Positions 1 to 6,573 of a DNA stretch of 39,289 nt are shown here, piece by piece. How positions within the stretch are numbered: position 1 is the stretch's first letter; each line of letters begins with the position of its first letter. The position numbers and the translations under genes were made by a program. The DNA comes from a virus (Duplodnaviria > Caudoviricetes): positions 1-39,289 of IMG/VR virus record IMGVR_UViG_3300044477_000069. One strand, 5' to 3'. Below the pieces are notes generated by a model, which saw only the letters and a list, made by a program, of their open reading frames with translations, did not search any database and was not told the origin of the DNA.

Positions 1-16
1 GTCACGCAGACAACCC
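1..16. repeat. Left copy of 16-nt terminal direct repeat (putative cos overhang or circular junction)
   Basis: gtcacgcagacaaccc at 1-16 is identical to 39274-39289. Confidence 0.9.
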
Positions 17-69
17 ATTTAAAGAGACATTTTGACACAGTACCTTACAAAAGTTATATAAAAGTTTTA

Positions 70-394
70 CCTACTTTGACAGAATGGGCTTTTTTCTGAC
101 ACACTTTGACGCTACTTTGACACTGTTTTTTTGATCTATCTCTATATTCTGTTTATATTTACAGACTTTTTTTCTTGAGGCGTCAAAGTGTCAAAGCGAA
201 TTTCGCCTATACGAAAGGACACATGTTTTTTTGATAGAACTCTCTCGCGCATATGGGTTATATCTGCTTTGACACTTTGACACTTAGTTTTAATTTTATT
301 ATAAATATATATATTATATAGAAATAGTATGTTGTAGAGGGCGTCAAAGTAGCGTCAAAGAGCGTCAAGATTTTGGCACTTCTGTCAAAGTAGG
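70..394. repeat. Dyad-symmetric CTTTGAC/GTCAAAG iteron array, putative replication origin
   Basis: Perfect inverted repeats 70-84/380-394 (15 bp), 104-121/343-360 (18 bp) and 182-197/266-281 (16 bp), all centred at ~232, with AT-rich spacers. Confidence 0.75.
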
Positions 395-537
395 CTATAC
401 CAATATTATGTGTAGATAATACTTTCTATTCCGATATTATATATAGATAAAATTAATGTCATATCATAAAATACAACTTTTACTATAGATTTTAAAATAA
501 AACGTGAAATAATGTTATCTTGATAACTGTTACTATA

Positions 538-567
538 TTGACTTTTTAGTAAAACACGTATTATGGT
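538..567 (+). promoter_or_regulatory. Possible sigma70 promoter for the AbrB-like pair
   Basis: TTGACT (538-543), 18 bp, TATGGT (562-567), upstream of ORF 617. Confidence 0.4.
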
Positions 568-616
568 ATAGAATGTATTACCAATATTTAGGCAATACTA
601 AAGAAAAGGGGGTTTT

Positions 617-847
617 ATGGACCAGGATATTTTGTTTAAGGATTTGAGAAAAGTTATTTTGACAGGGAAATCATCTTTTATGGTGATAATTCCAAAAAAC
701 GCAGCCAAATTGATCGCATTAGAAAAAGGTGATTATTTTCACTTAGAATTGTTAAAGGACGGAAATATTATGTTAAGGCATAATATATCACCATTTGAAC
801 GGAAAAGGCGCCTTGAAATTGGAGATAGGACAAAGGATTTATATTAA
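617..847 (+). CDS. AbrB/MazE/SpoVT-family DNA-binding protein
   Basis: RKVILTGKSSFMVIIPK...LEKGDYFHLELLKDGNIML fits the swapped-hairpin AbrB pattern; G-rich RBS upstream. Confidence 0.75.
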   Translation: MDQDILFKDLRKVILTGKSSFMVIIPKNAAKLIALEKGDYFHLELLKDGNIMLRHNISPFERKRRLEIGDRTKDLY

Positions 848-858
848 AGGAGATTTTT

Positions 859-1110
859 ATGATTTATTCTGTTATAAATGAAAAACAATATTACGGTGAT
901 TTGATTAAAATCAAAAAAGATGGATCATGCATAATTCCAGCCTATTTGATTTGTAAAGCAGGATTGCATGATTTGGATTATTTATTCATTGAACAAAGAA
1001 AAGGGAAAATCATCGCAACTAATCCGGAAAAGCATGAAAATATAAAAATATTCCTTGACGCTAAGCGTAGAAGTGATAAAATGAAATCTAAAGCGCAGCC
1101 GTTGAGCTGA
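859..1110 (+). CDS. Second AbrB/SpoVT-like protein
   Basis: IKIKKDGSCIIPAYL..KAGL.DLDYLFIEQRKGKII pattern; strong RBS AAGGAG. Confidence 0.6.
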   Translation: MIYSVINEKQYYGDLIKIKKDGSCIIPAYLICKAGLHDLDYLFIEQRKGKIIATNPEKHENIKIFLDAKRRSDKMKSKAQPLS

Positions 1111-1123
1111 CACACAAATTAGA

Positions 1124-1150
1124 GAAAGGCCCCATTTAGGGGCCTGTTTT
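1124..1150. terminator. Intrinsic terminator between convergent units, probably bidirectional
   Basis: AGGCCCC-ATTTA-GGGGCCT stem (1127-1145), T-run downstream and A-run upstream. Confidence 0.7.
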
Positions 1151-1229
1151 ATTTAGAAATTGCATTTTTGTACAGACGCTTTTCGCTTAGCTACCAGCTC
1201 GGCGTCATGGCGTCGCATAATCCACCCCC

Positions 1230-1427
1230 TTAATCATCCAAGATTATAACCTCAATATTTCCGGATTCTGACATTTTTGATAAAGCAGCATCAGACGGCC
1301 ATTTTGTAGCAGTTGAAACATTCACACCTTCTTTTTTTAAAAATAATTCGATCATGTGAAGATAATGCGATTTTCCTGATCCCGCATTTCCTTCGGCGCG
1401 AATTATTACTGGCATTTTCTTAATCAT
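1230..1427 (-). CDS. Small protein with isolated P-loop motif
   Basis: EGNAGSGKS Walker A-like motif in 65 aa; ATGA overlap with upstream gene. Confidence 0.55.
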   Translation of the reverse strand: MIKKMPVIIRAEGNAGSGKSHYLHMIELFLKKEGVNVSTATKWPSDAALSKMSESGNIEVIILDD

Positions 1428-2161
1428 TTTTCCATCTCCATAATTTTTTGAACGATGTAAATATATTTTCTATATTCCACGCCATGAAGTTTATCGCCAT
1501 AGATCAAATCCACACGTTCGGCAAATTCTTGAAGTGTTCCGCGAAAACATCCACATACAACTTGATTTTTATCATCAAGCCAGTATGTTGTCGTTTGGGA
1601 ATCACGGCTTCCCATAATTTGGCCGGTGTATCGTTGCGGATTATGAAAAAATTCACGGCAATCACTGCAACCACGACAATCACTGCAATCACGGCAATCA
1701 CTGCAATAACTGCAACCACGGCAATCACTGCAATCACTGCAACCACGGCAATAACTGCAATCACTGCAACCACGGCAATAACTGCAATCACTGCAACCAC
1801 TGCAATCACTGCAACCACTGCAACAACTGCAATCACTGCAACCACGACAATCACGGCAATCACTGCAACCACGGCAATCACTGCAATAACTGCAACCACG
1901 GCAATCACTGCAATCACTGCAACCACGGCAATAACTGCAATCACTGCAACCACGGCAATAACTGCAACCACGGCAATCACTGCAATAACTGCAATCACTG
2001 CAACCACGGCAATAACTGCAACCACGGCAATCACTGCAATTTATACAGTCTTTGCAATTAATCATTTTTAACGATATTTCTTCCGCCTCTTTTTCTCCGT
2101 AAATATTATAATCCCATTTGTTGCCGTTTTCGTCGACGTAATAACCATCAATCTTTTTCAT
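1424..2161 (-). CDS. Cys-rich (Cxx)45 repeat protein with a C-terminal GSR...CGCF domain
   Basis: RBS AAGGAG; non-repetitive N- and C-termini; the GSRDSQTT...VVCGCFRGTLQEF tail resembles the cap domain that follows solenoid repeats in other phage proteins. Confidence 0.8.
   Translation of the reverse strand: MKKIDGYYVDENGNKWDYNIYGEKEAEEISLKMINCKDCINCSDCRGCSYCRGCSDCSYCSDCRGCSYCRGCSDCSYCRGCSDCSDCRGCSYCSDCRGCSDCRDCRGCSDCSCCSGCSDCSGCSDCSYCRGCSDCSYCRGCSDCSDCRGCSYCSDCRDCSDCRGCSDCREFFHNPQRYTGQIMGSRDSQTTTYWLDDKNQVVCGCFRGTLQEFAERVDLIYGDKLHGVEYRKYIYIVQKIMEMEK
1652..2056. repeat. 9-bp-unit tandem repeat array (45 units, a few variants)
   Basis: Units such as caatcactg / caaccacgg / caataactg encoding CSD/CRG/CSY. 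Confidence 0.95.
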
Positions 2162-2291
2162 TCGTCTTTTTCTCCTTTTTCGGCGGCCTTCCGCCTTTTT
2201 TCCCGTTTTCGCGAGCCGCTTGTGATTTTACGGGTGACTTTACGCGCCCGCCTTTTTGGCCTAATTCTTGAGCCGCTTTGTTTTTTGACAT
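2148..2291 (-). CDS. Small basic KGG-motif protein (47 aa, not in ORF track)
   Basis: Manual translation MSKNKAAQELGQKGGRVKSPVKSQAARENGKKGGRPPKKEKKTNEKD; RBS AAGGGG. Confidence 0.7.
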   Translation of the reverse strand: MSKNKAAQELGQKGGRVKSPVKSQAARENGKKGGRPPKKEKKTNEKD

Positions 2292-2300
2292 TAAATCCCC

Positions 2301-2480
2301 TTATACTACCCACGAATATGAAAAGCCGTTTTCGATTGCTTCGATTACTGTCATAACGCAAAAATCATTGTCAGGGCCGTCGACCATGCAAAAAGTATCG
2401 TTTTTGTGAAATTTGACGAAAGACTGATTTTTTCTCTTTACAAAGTCCATGGCTTCTTGTTCAGTCTTAAAAAATTTCAT
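2301..2480 (-). CDS. Hypothetical protein (59 aa, not in ORF track)
   Basis: MKFFKTEQEAMDFVKRKN...GFSYSWVV; RBS AAGGGGG, directly downstream of the promoter at 2512-2540. Confidence 0.65.
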   Translation of the reverse strand: MKFFKTEQEAMDFVKRKNQSFVKFHKNDTFCMVDGPDNDFCVMTVIEAIENGFSYSWVV

Positions 2481-2511
2481 ATTGCCCCCTTGGCTAATGC
2501 CTTATATAATA

Positions 2512-2540
2512 AATATAACCCAAGCGCATGGGTTTGTCAA
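2512..2540 (-). promoter_or_regulatory. sigma70 promoter with palindromic operator in the spacer
   Basis: TTGACA-17bp-TATATT; spacer contains AACCCA-TGCGCT-TGGGTT (2517-2534). Confidence 0.8.
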
Positions 2541-2702
2541 TGGTTTTTTTGAAATATTTTTGCTTTTATAGAAGAAAACGGCATTTATTTTTATAATATC
2601 GCATAAAAAAAGGCATATTCAGGCCAGTTATCGGAAAAGCCACAAAATGCCGTCTATGAAATGGTTTTTAATCGCGTTCTATACCCTCGGGCCGAGTCTG
2701 TA

Positions 2703-2885
2703 TCACGCTTTTTCTTGTTTTGCGTGTAATTTTGCCATAGTGCCGCTTGAGGAGTGTTTATTGAGCTTTTCAAAGGTTGTCATTTTGACGAATTGCGACG
2801 GTGTCAATCCTCGACATTTGGCATTGAGTTCAATTTTTTCATATTCTTCTATAGTAACGGTAAAAGATATGGATTTAGCGGGCAT
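2703..2885 (-). CDS. Ribbon-helix-helix/CopG-MobC-like DNA-binding protein
   Basis: SISFTVTIEEYEKIELNAKCRGLTPSQFVK pattern; RBS GGAG. Confidence 0.65.
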   Translation of the reverse strand: MPAKSISFTVTIEEYEKIELNAKCRGLTPSQFVKMTTFEKLNKHSSSGTMAKLHAKQEKA

Positions 2886-2898
2886 ATAATCACGGCTC

Positions 2899-3273
2899 CT
2901 AGTTTTTCAGTTTTCGATCTATATTCTCGATCATCTGTACGCCAACGGCGACAAGTTGCACTATTTCGGCTCGGAATAATTGAGGATTTGTTTCGGAAAA
3001 AATCTCACAAAACTCCTCATATAGGATTTCCAACCATGAGATTTCAGAAATCGGTTTTATATCGTTTGAATATTTTTGAGATTGAGCTAATTTTTTATAT
3101 CGGTAAACGATTCTATCAATATTTTTTTGATCACCGAAAATCATAGGCAGGTTTTGTTCGCCCCATTTTTCGTGCTGGTTTTTACGCTCTTCTAGAATCT
3201 CGTAAAGGATGGATTCTATTTTTTCGACGTTTAAAACGTTATGCGTAAAATATTCATCGGGAGTTTTTGACAT
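2899..3273 (-). CDS. MazG-like (all-alpha NTP pyrophosphatase) protein
   Basis: EERKNQHEKWGEQN...WLEILYEEFCE...RAEIVQLVAV; start moved to ATG 3273 (TAATG coupling). Confidence 0.65.
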   Translation of the reverse strand: MSKTPDEYFTHNVLNVEKIESILYEILEERKNQHEKWGEQNLPMIFGDQKNIDRIVYRYKKLAQSQKYSNDIKPISEISWLEILYEEFCEIFSETNPQLFRAEIVQLVAVGVQMIENIDRKLKN

Positions 3274-3962
3274 TATCCGATCCTCACTGTATAGCCTTCT
3301 ACGTTTGACTGCCATTCCTCTTGAGTCAATTCCCGATTCATCGCCGACGTTCCCGCGTAGCGCGCCGGGTAGTAATTACCGGGCCATGGATCATTGTAAA
3401 TGATATTTCCGGTTTGATCGTCGAATCCGACAACGGTAAAGAAATGGCCCGGATCTTTAAAGCATGCCATAAAAGAGTAATTTTCTTTTATCCATTTTGA
3501 AATATATTCGTAGGATTTATCCCATGCGAAAATTGCAGAGACGCCGAAAACGTCTTTTATCATTGCCGGGTAAAATTGCGGAATACGATTCCCGGCCCAG
3601 GTTGCCGGATCTGTATCGGATCGAATCGATCTCATAAGCGGATAATTTCGCGGATCATTGAACCAATCGGCTGCGATTTGTTCGGGCTGTGGTTCGTAAA
3701 TTCCTGGACATTCAAAGGTTCCAAGTTTTCCGATCGCGTGAACTCCCATTGTAGCAGCGGTCGGGCCGCATGTCTCGAGATACCCGCCCATGGCTTGCAT
3801 AGCTCTTGCGATGATGGAATCTGAAATATTGACAGATTTTAGAAACGCGGTAATTTTTACGCGGTCTTCGATATCGTCTTTTCGGATCTGTTCTTCGGAT
3901 GGATTATTGACTTGAGAATAAACGGCGTCCTCAAGTGCGCCGTATTTTGTAAAGTGTTTCAT
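3273..3962 (-). CDS. Peptidase C39-like cysteine protease; endolysin candidate
   Basis: Catalytic motifs TCGPTA, GHFFTVVGFD and YNDPW; ATG 3962 has RBS AGGAG (ORF track start 4022). Confidence 0.75.
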   Translation of the reverse strand: MKHFTKYGALEDAVYSQVNNPSEEQIRKDDIEDRVKITAFLKSVNISDSIIARAMQAMGGYLETCGPTAATMGVHAIGKLGTFECPGIYEPQPEQIAADWFNDPRNYPLMRSIRSDTDPATWAGNRIPQFYPAMIKDVFGVSAIFAWDKSYEYISKWIKENYSFMACFKDPGHFFTVVGFDDQTGNIIYNDPWPGNYYPARYAGTSAMNRELTQEEWQSNVEGYTVRIG

Positions 3963-4131
3963 TTGGGTAACTCCTACCAGTATTTTATTTGACTGTTTAT
4001 ACGTCTTTGGATTAGTGACCATATTTTCTGATCAGTACATCCTTTATCTTTCCATTTTTTTATTAAAGCATCTCGCCTTTCTTTTATTAATTTATAAGTT
4101 TTTCCATAATCAAATCCAAATGTTGGCATAA

Positions 4132-4347
4132 TTAATTCTCCCTTATATTTGTAAAATCAACTCTTAATTCCATCGCTTCTGAAAATCCATCATCATGGGC
4201 TTTTTGCAAATCTTTTGCCCCGACAAAATACCCAGATAAGAATCCGATGAATGCACCCCATGCGCCCATGGTAAAGACTAGAAATAAAATCATAGCAGAA
4301 TCCATAAGGAAATCGATATAAGTTTTAAGGCGTTTACGATGGTTCAT
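4132..4347 (-). CDS. Small membrane protein
   Basis: One long hydrophobic segment; RBS AAGGA. Confidence 0.55.
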   Translation of the reverse strand: MNHRKRLKTYIDFLMDSAMILFLVFTMGAWGAFIGFLSGYFVGAKDLQKAHDDGFSEAMELRVDFTNIREN

Positions 4348-4377
4348 TTCCTTTTATCCTTCCTTATTCAAGACATT

Positions 4378-4533
4378 TCATTTTTGCATATCTTCAAAAG
4401 CGCGCATCGCATCGAACGCAAGAAGCGCAACCCCAGCCCGCCAATCTAACCAGAACGCAAAAAATACGGCGATTGTCCAAAGTGTATAGTCTGCAATTTT
4501 TGCTGCTCTTTTACTAATTTTTATTTTTTTCAT
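4378..4533 (-). CDS. Small membrane protein (51 aa, not in ORF track)
   Basis: MKKIKISKRAAKIADYTLWTIAVFFAFWLDWRAGVALLAF...; ATGA overlap with 4530..4733. Confidence 0.5.
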   Translation of the reverse strand: MKKIKISKRAAKIADYTLWTIAVFFAFWLDWRAGVALLAFDAMRAFEDMQK

Positions 4534-4733
4534 ACAATCCCTACTTGATTGTCATCATCATAAACCCCGTATGGATTACAATTTGTAAGAAAACTATAAA
4601 TTTGAGTATGTGTTTTATATTTGTATCGATTTCTTATAAATTCGTGAGCATTATTTATTGGCCCGTTTGTTTTTAAATATGAAATAAAATCTGAAACGTT
4701 TTTTTCTGTTTTCGGATCTTTTTGTTTACTCAT
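4530..4733 (-). CDS. Hypothetical protein
   Basis: RBS AGGAG; fits operon packing. Confidence 0.6.
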   Translation of the reverse strand: MSKQKDPKTEKNVSDFISYLKTNGPINNAHEFIRNRYKYKTHTQIYSFLTNCNPYGVYDDDNQVGIV

Positions 4734-4752
4734 TTTAGGCTCCTGTTAATAT

Positions 4753-5001
4753 CTATTTAGTATCTATTATTTTTTCTGCCTTGATTGAACTTCCCATGAA
4801 TTCAGATTCAGTGACATTTTTTTTCAAGGTAAAATATAACTGCCACCACCACGGCAATGCTTTTCCGATTCTTGTCAACGTGCCAGATTTATTCAGGACA
4901 AAATATCCGGTTCCATCGATAATCTGATATTGTCCGATTTGTGCGCCGCGGTCTTTCATTGTTTTCCTCGTATATGATTTTTTATTTCTATAGTTACCCA
5001 T
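4753..5001 (-). CDS. Hypothetical protein
   Basis: Fits operon packing; true start may be ATG 4959. Confidence 0.5.
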   Translation of the reverse strand: MGNYRNKKSYTRKTMKDRGAQIGQYQIIDGTGYFVLNKSGTLTRIGKALPWWWQLYFTLKKNVTESEFMGSSIKAEKIIDTK

Positions 5002-5306
5002 TTAACAATTTTATTTTGAATAGATATTTTTAATGGCCTACCATTTTCATATTTTGAGATATCAATACAACTAATTCCAGATCGCAATGATGCTTCTTTT
5101 AAAGTAATGTGAGATGATTTTAAAAACTCTCTAAGATTTTCACTGTTTTCTAAATCTGGAATTAGATTTTTATCGATTTTTCCTTTACCTTCGCAAAAAT
5201 CACATTTTAGATAACCATGAGAATGATCTTTATAATTTTCTCCACGATTAATAAACATTGCAAATAGTTTTTTTGTTCCATCACATCGCGGACATTTTGA
5301 TTTCAT
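4956..5306 (-). CDS. Zn-finger (CxxCxG x2) plus XRE-type HTH protein
   Basis: CPRCDG...CDFCEG followed by ITLKEASLRSGIS..DISKYENG. Confidence 0.7.
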   Translation of the reverse strand: MKSKCPRCDGTKKLFAMFINRGENYKDHSHGYLKCDFCEGKGKIDKNLIPDLENSENLREFLKSSHITLKEASLRSGISCIDISKYENGRPLKISIQNKIVKWVTIEIKNHIRGKQ

Positions 5307-5449
5307 TCGATTACCTCTGCAATTATATATTTTTTACCGTCAAATTCGATTATAGTTTTTGATGTTGAATTTTTTTTAAACCATGACTGGAAACCATAAA
5401 TAAAAATACATACCCCGCACAATACGCCCAATAAAAACGCGGCTATCAT
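5303..5449 (-). CDS. Small membrane-anchored protein (48 aa, not in ORF track)
   Basis: MIAAFLLGVLCGVCIFIYGF...; RBS AGGGGG; ATGA overlap with next gene. Confidence 0.5.
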   Translation of the reverse strand: MIAAFLLGVLCGVCIFIYGFQSWFKKNSTSKTIIEFDGKKYIIAEVIE

Positions 5450-5458
5450 AAACGCCCC

Positions 5459-5764
5459 CTAAAATAGATCAGCTTGAGCAGGATTACTTGCAAAATTATC
5501 AGCTTTCATTTGCGCAATCCATGCGCTTTTTATGTCTTCCAGTGCTTCGATGAGGATTTTTCTTTTTTCCGATTCTTTGCATTTTGTTTTTAAAAAATCA
5601 AGTGCGTTGTCAAATTCTAATCCTTCAGGCGCGGCGTCAAAATGTAAAACCGTACTCAAAACCGTAAAATGGAATACATGATTCTCGTAATTAATGGCCG
5701 ATGCGGTTTCGATCCAGTTTTCCATAATTTCATGTAGTAGGTTTTTAGAATTCGGTTTGTTCAT
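5459..5764 (-). CDS. Hypothetical protein
   Basis: ORF track 5459..5794; ATG 5764 has RBS AAGGA. Confidence 0.6.
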   Translation of the reverse strand: MNKPNSKNLLHEIMENWIETASAINYENHVFHFTVLSTVLHFDAAPEGLEFDNALDFLKTKCKESEKRKILIEALEDIKSAWIAQMKADNFASNPAQADLF

Positions 5765-6083
5765 CTTTTTCCTTCTTGTCCAAAAGTTGGACATGATGAG
5801 CTAGGATTTTAACACGTTCTTTTTTTTCTCCGTGAGATTCAAAGCGATCTTGACGAAGAGAATAAGAGACAGCGACGCGTTTACCTTTTGTTAAATATGG
5901 CCCGATCCTGCATCCCCAATCTTCAACGTCAATAAAATTCGTCCACGTTGAATTAGGCTCCGATGATTTAAAATTATTTGAGGCAATAGAAAAACTAACG
6001 ATTATTTTACCGTCAATTTCTTTTATTTGAGCATCTCGAACAATGCGGCCAACGATTACCCCTGAATTAATGTCAACAATCAT
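5745..6083 (-). CDS. ssb: Single-stranded DNA-binding protein
   Basis: INSGVIVGRIVRDA...FSIASN...FIDVEDWG...YLTKGKRVAV OB-fold motifs; acidic C-terminus ending in F. Confidence 0.92.
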   Translation of the reverse strand: MIVDINSGVIVGRIVRDAQIKEIDGKIIVSFSIASNNFKSSEPNSTWTNFIDVEDWGCRIGPYLTKGKRVAVSYSLRQDRFESHGEKKERVKILAHHVQLLDKKEKDEQTEF

Positions 6084-6084
6084 T

Positions 6085-6222
6085 TTATTCCCCGCTTAGT
6101 TTGCCGTCTATATAGGCGTTTTGTTCGATTATATCAATTGCATGGACGATTGACAACGTCGCAGGAATTACGATTAAAAGAAAAACAGTACAGGCGATGG
6201 CTGCTTTTGTGTTTGCTTTCAT
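6085..6222 (-). CDS. Small membrane protein (45 aa, not in ORF track)
   Basis: MKANTKAAIACTVFLLIVIPATLSIV...; ATGA overlap with upstream gene. Confidence 0.45.
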   Translation of the reverse strand: MKANTKAAIACTVFLLIVIPATLSIVHAIDIIEQNAYIDGKLSGE

Positions 6223-6410
6223 ATCACGCCCATCCTAGATAAATCTTTTTTCATTGACTTGATAACTGCAAGTATTTTTTCGCTTTGTTGTTTATCGGCG
6301 ACAATGATATTTCGCAAGGTTTCGATTTCATTTTTTAATTGTTTGTTTTCTGATTTCAGCCGTGAGTTTTCGTTTAGCATTGCGTTGATATCGTATTCTA
6401 TTTTTTCCAT
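6219..6410 (-). CDS. Coiled-coil hypothetical protein
   Basis: Heptad pattern LLxENxxLKxENxxLK-like; RBS AAGGGG. Confidence 0.6.
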   Translation of the reverse strand: MEKIEYDINAMLNENSRLKSENKQLKNEIETLRNIIVADKQQSEKILAVIKSMKKDLSRMGVI

Positions 6411-6411
6411 A

Positions 6412-6573
6412 TCATTTCCCCTTTATCTTTTTGATTTCTGACTCTTTAATCAGATAGTTCCCTTTCCAGTCCTTGCGGGCTTCAATTCGCCCGCTTTTAA
6501 TCATCCGATAAACCGTGATCACGCAACAAGGGACAAGTTCCGCAAATTCCGCCGGTGATAAATCAGGTTTCAA
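6412..6573 (-). CDS. Excisionase-like/MerR-type (HTH_17) DNA-binding protein (53 aa, TTG start, not in ORF track)
   Basis: MKPDLSPAEFAELVPCCVITVYRMIKSGRIEARKDWKGNYLIKESEI; RBS GGAAGGTG. Confidence 0.7.
   Translation of the reverse strand: MKPDLSPAEFAELVPCCVITVYRMIKSGRIEARKDWKGNYLIKESEIKKIKGK

Noticed and set aside
31-394. TTGAC boxes as a cluster of -35 elements or a mini-CRISPR
   Set aside because: Most lack a spaced -10 box or downstream gene; mixed orientation and dyad symmetry fit protein-binding iterons better
1652-2056. Possible CRISPR array or DGR template/variable repeat
   Set aside because: No unique spacers, no cas or reverse transcriptase gene, and the repeat is coding
1448-2071. 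Thr/Ala/Ile-repeat ORF (+) and Val/Ala/Ile-repeat ORF 1504..2034 (-)
   Set aside because: Shadow frames of a stop-free 9-bp repeat; only the Cys frame has an RBS and recognisable flanking domains
2158-2361. Listed 67-aa Arg/Lys-rich ORF
   Set aside because: Overlaps two better-supported ORFs (2301..2480 and 2148..2291) that have RBSs
2578-2653. 9-bp inverted repeat ACGGCATTT/AAATGCCGT
   Set aside because: A single short pair with no supporting inner structure; could be chance
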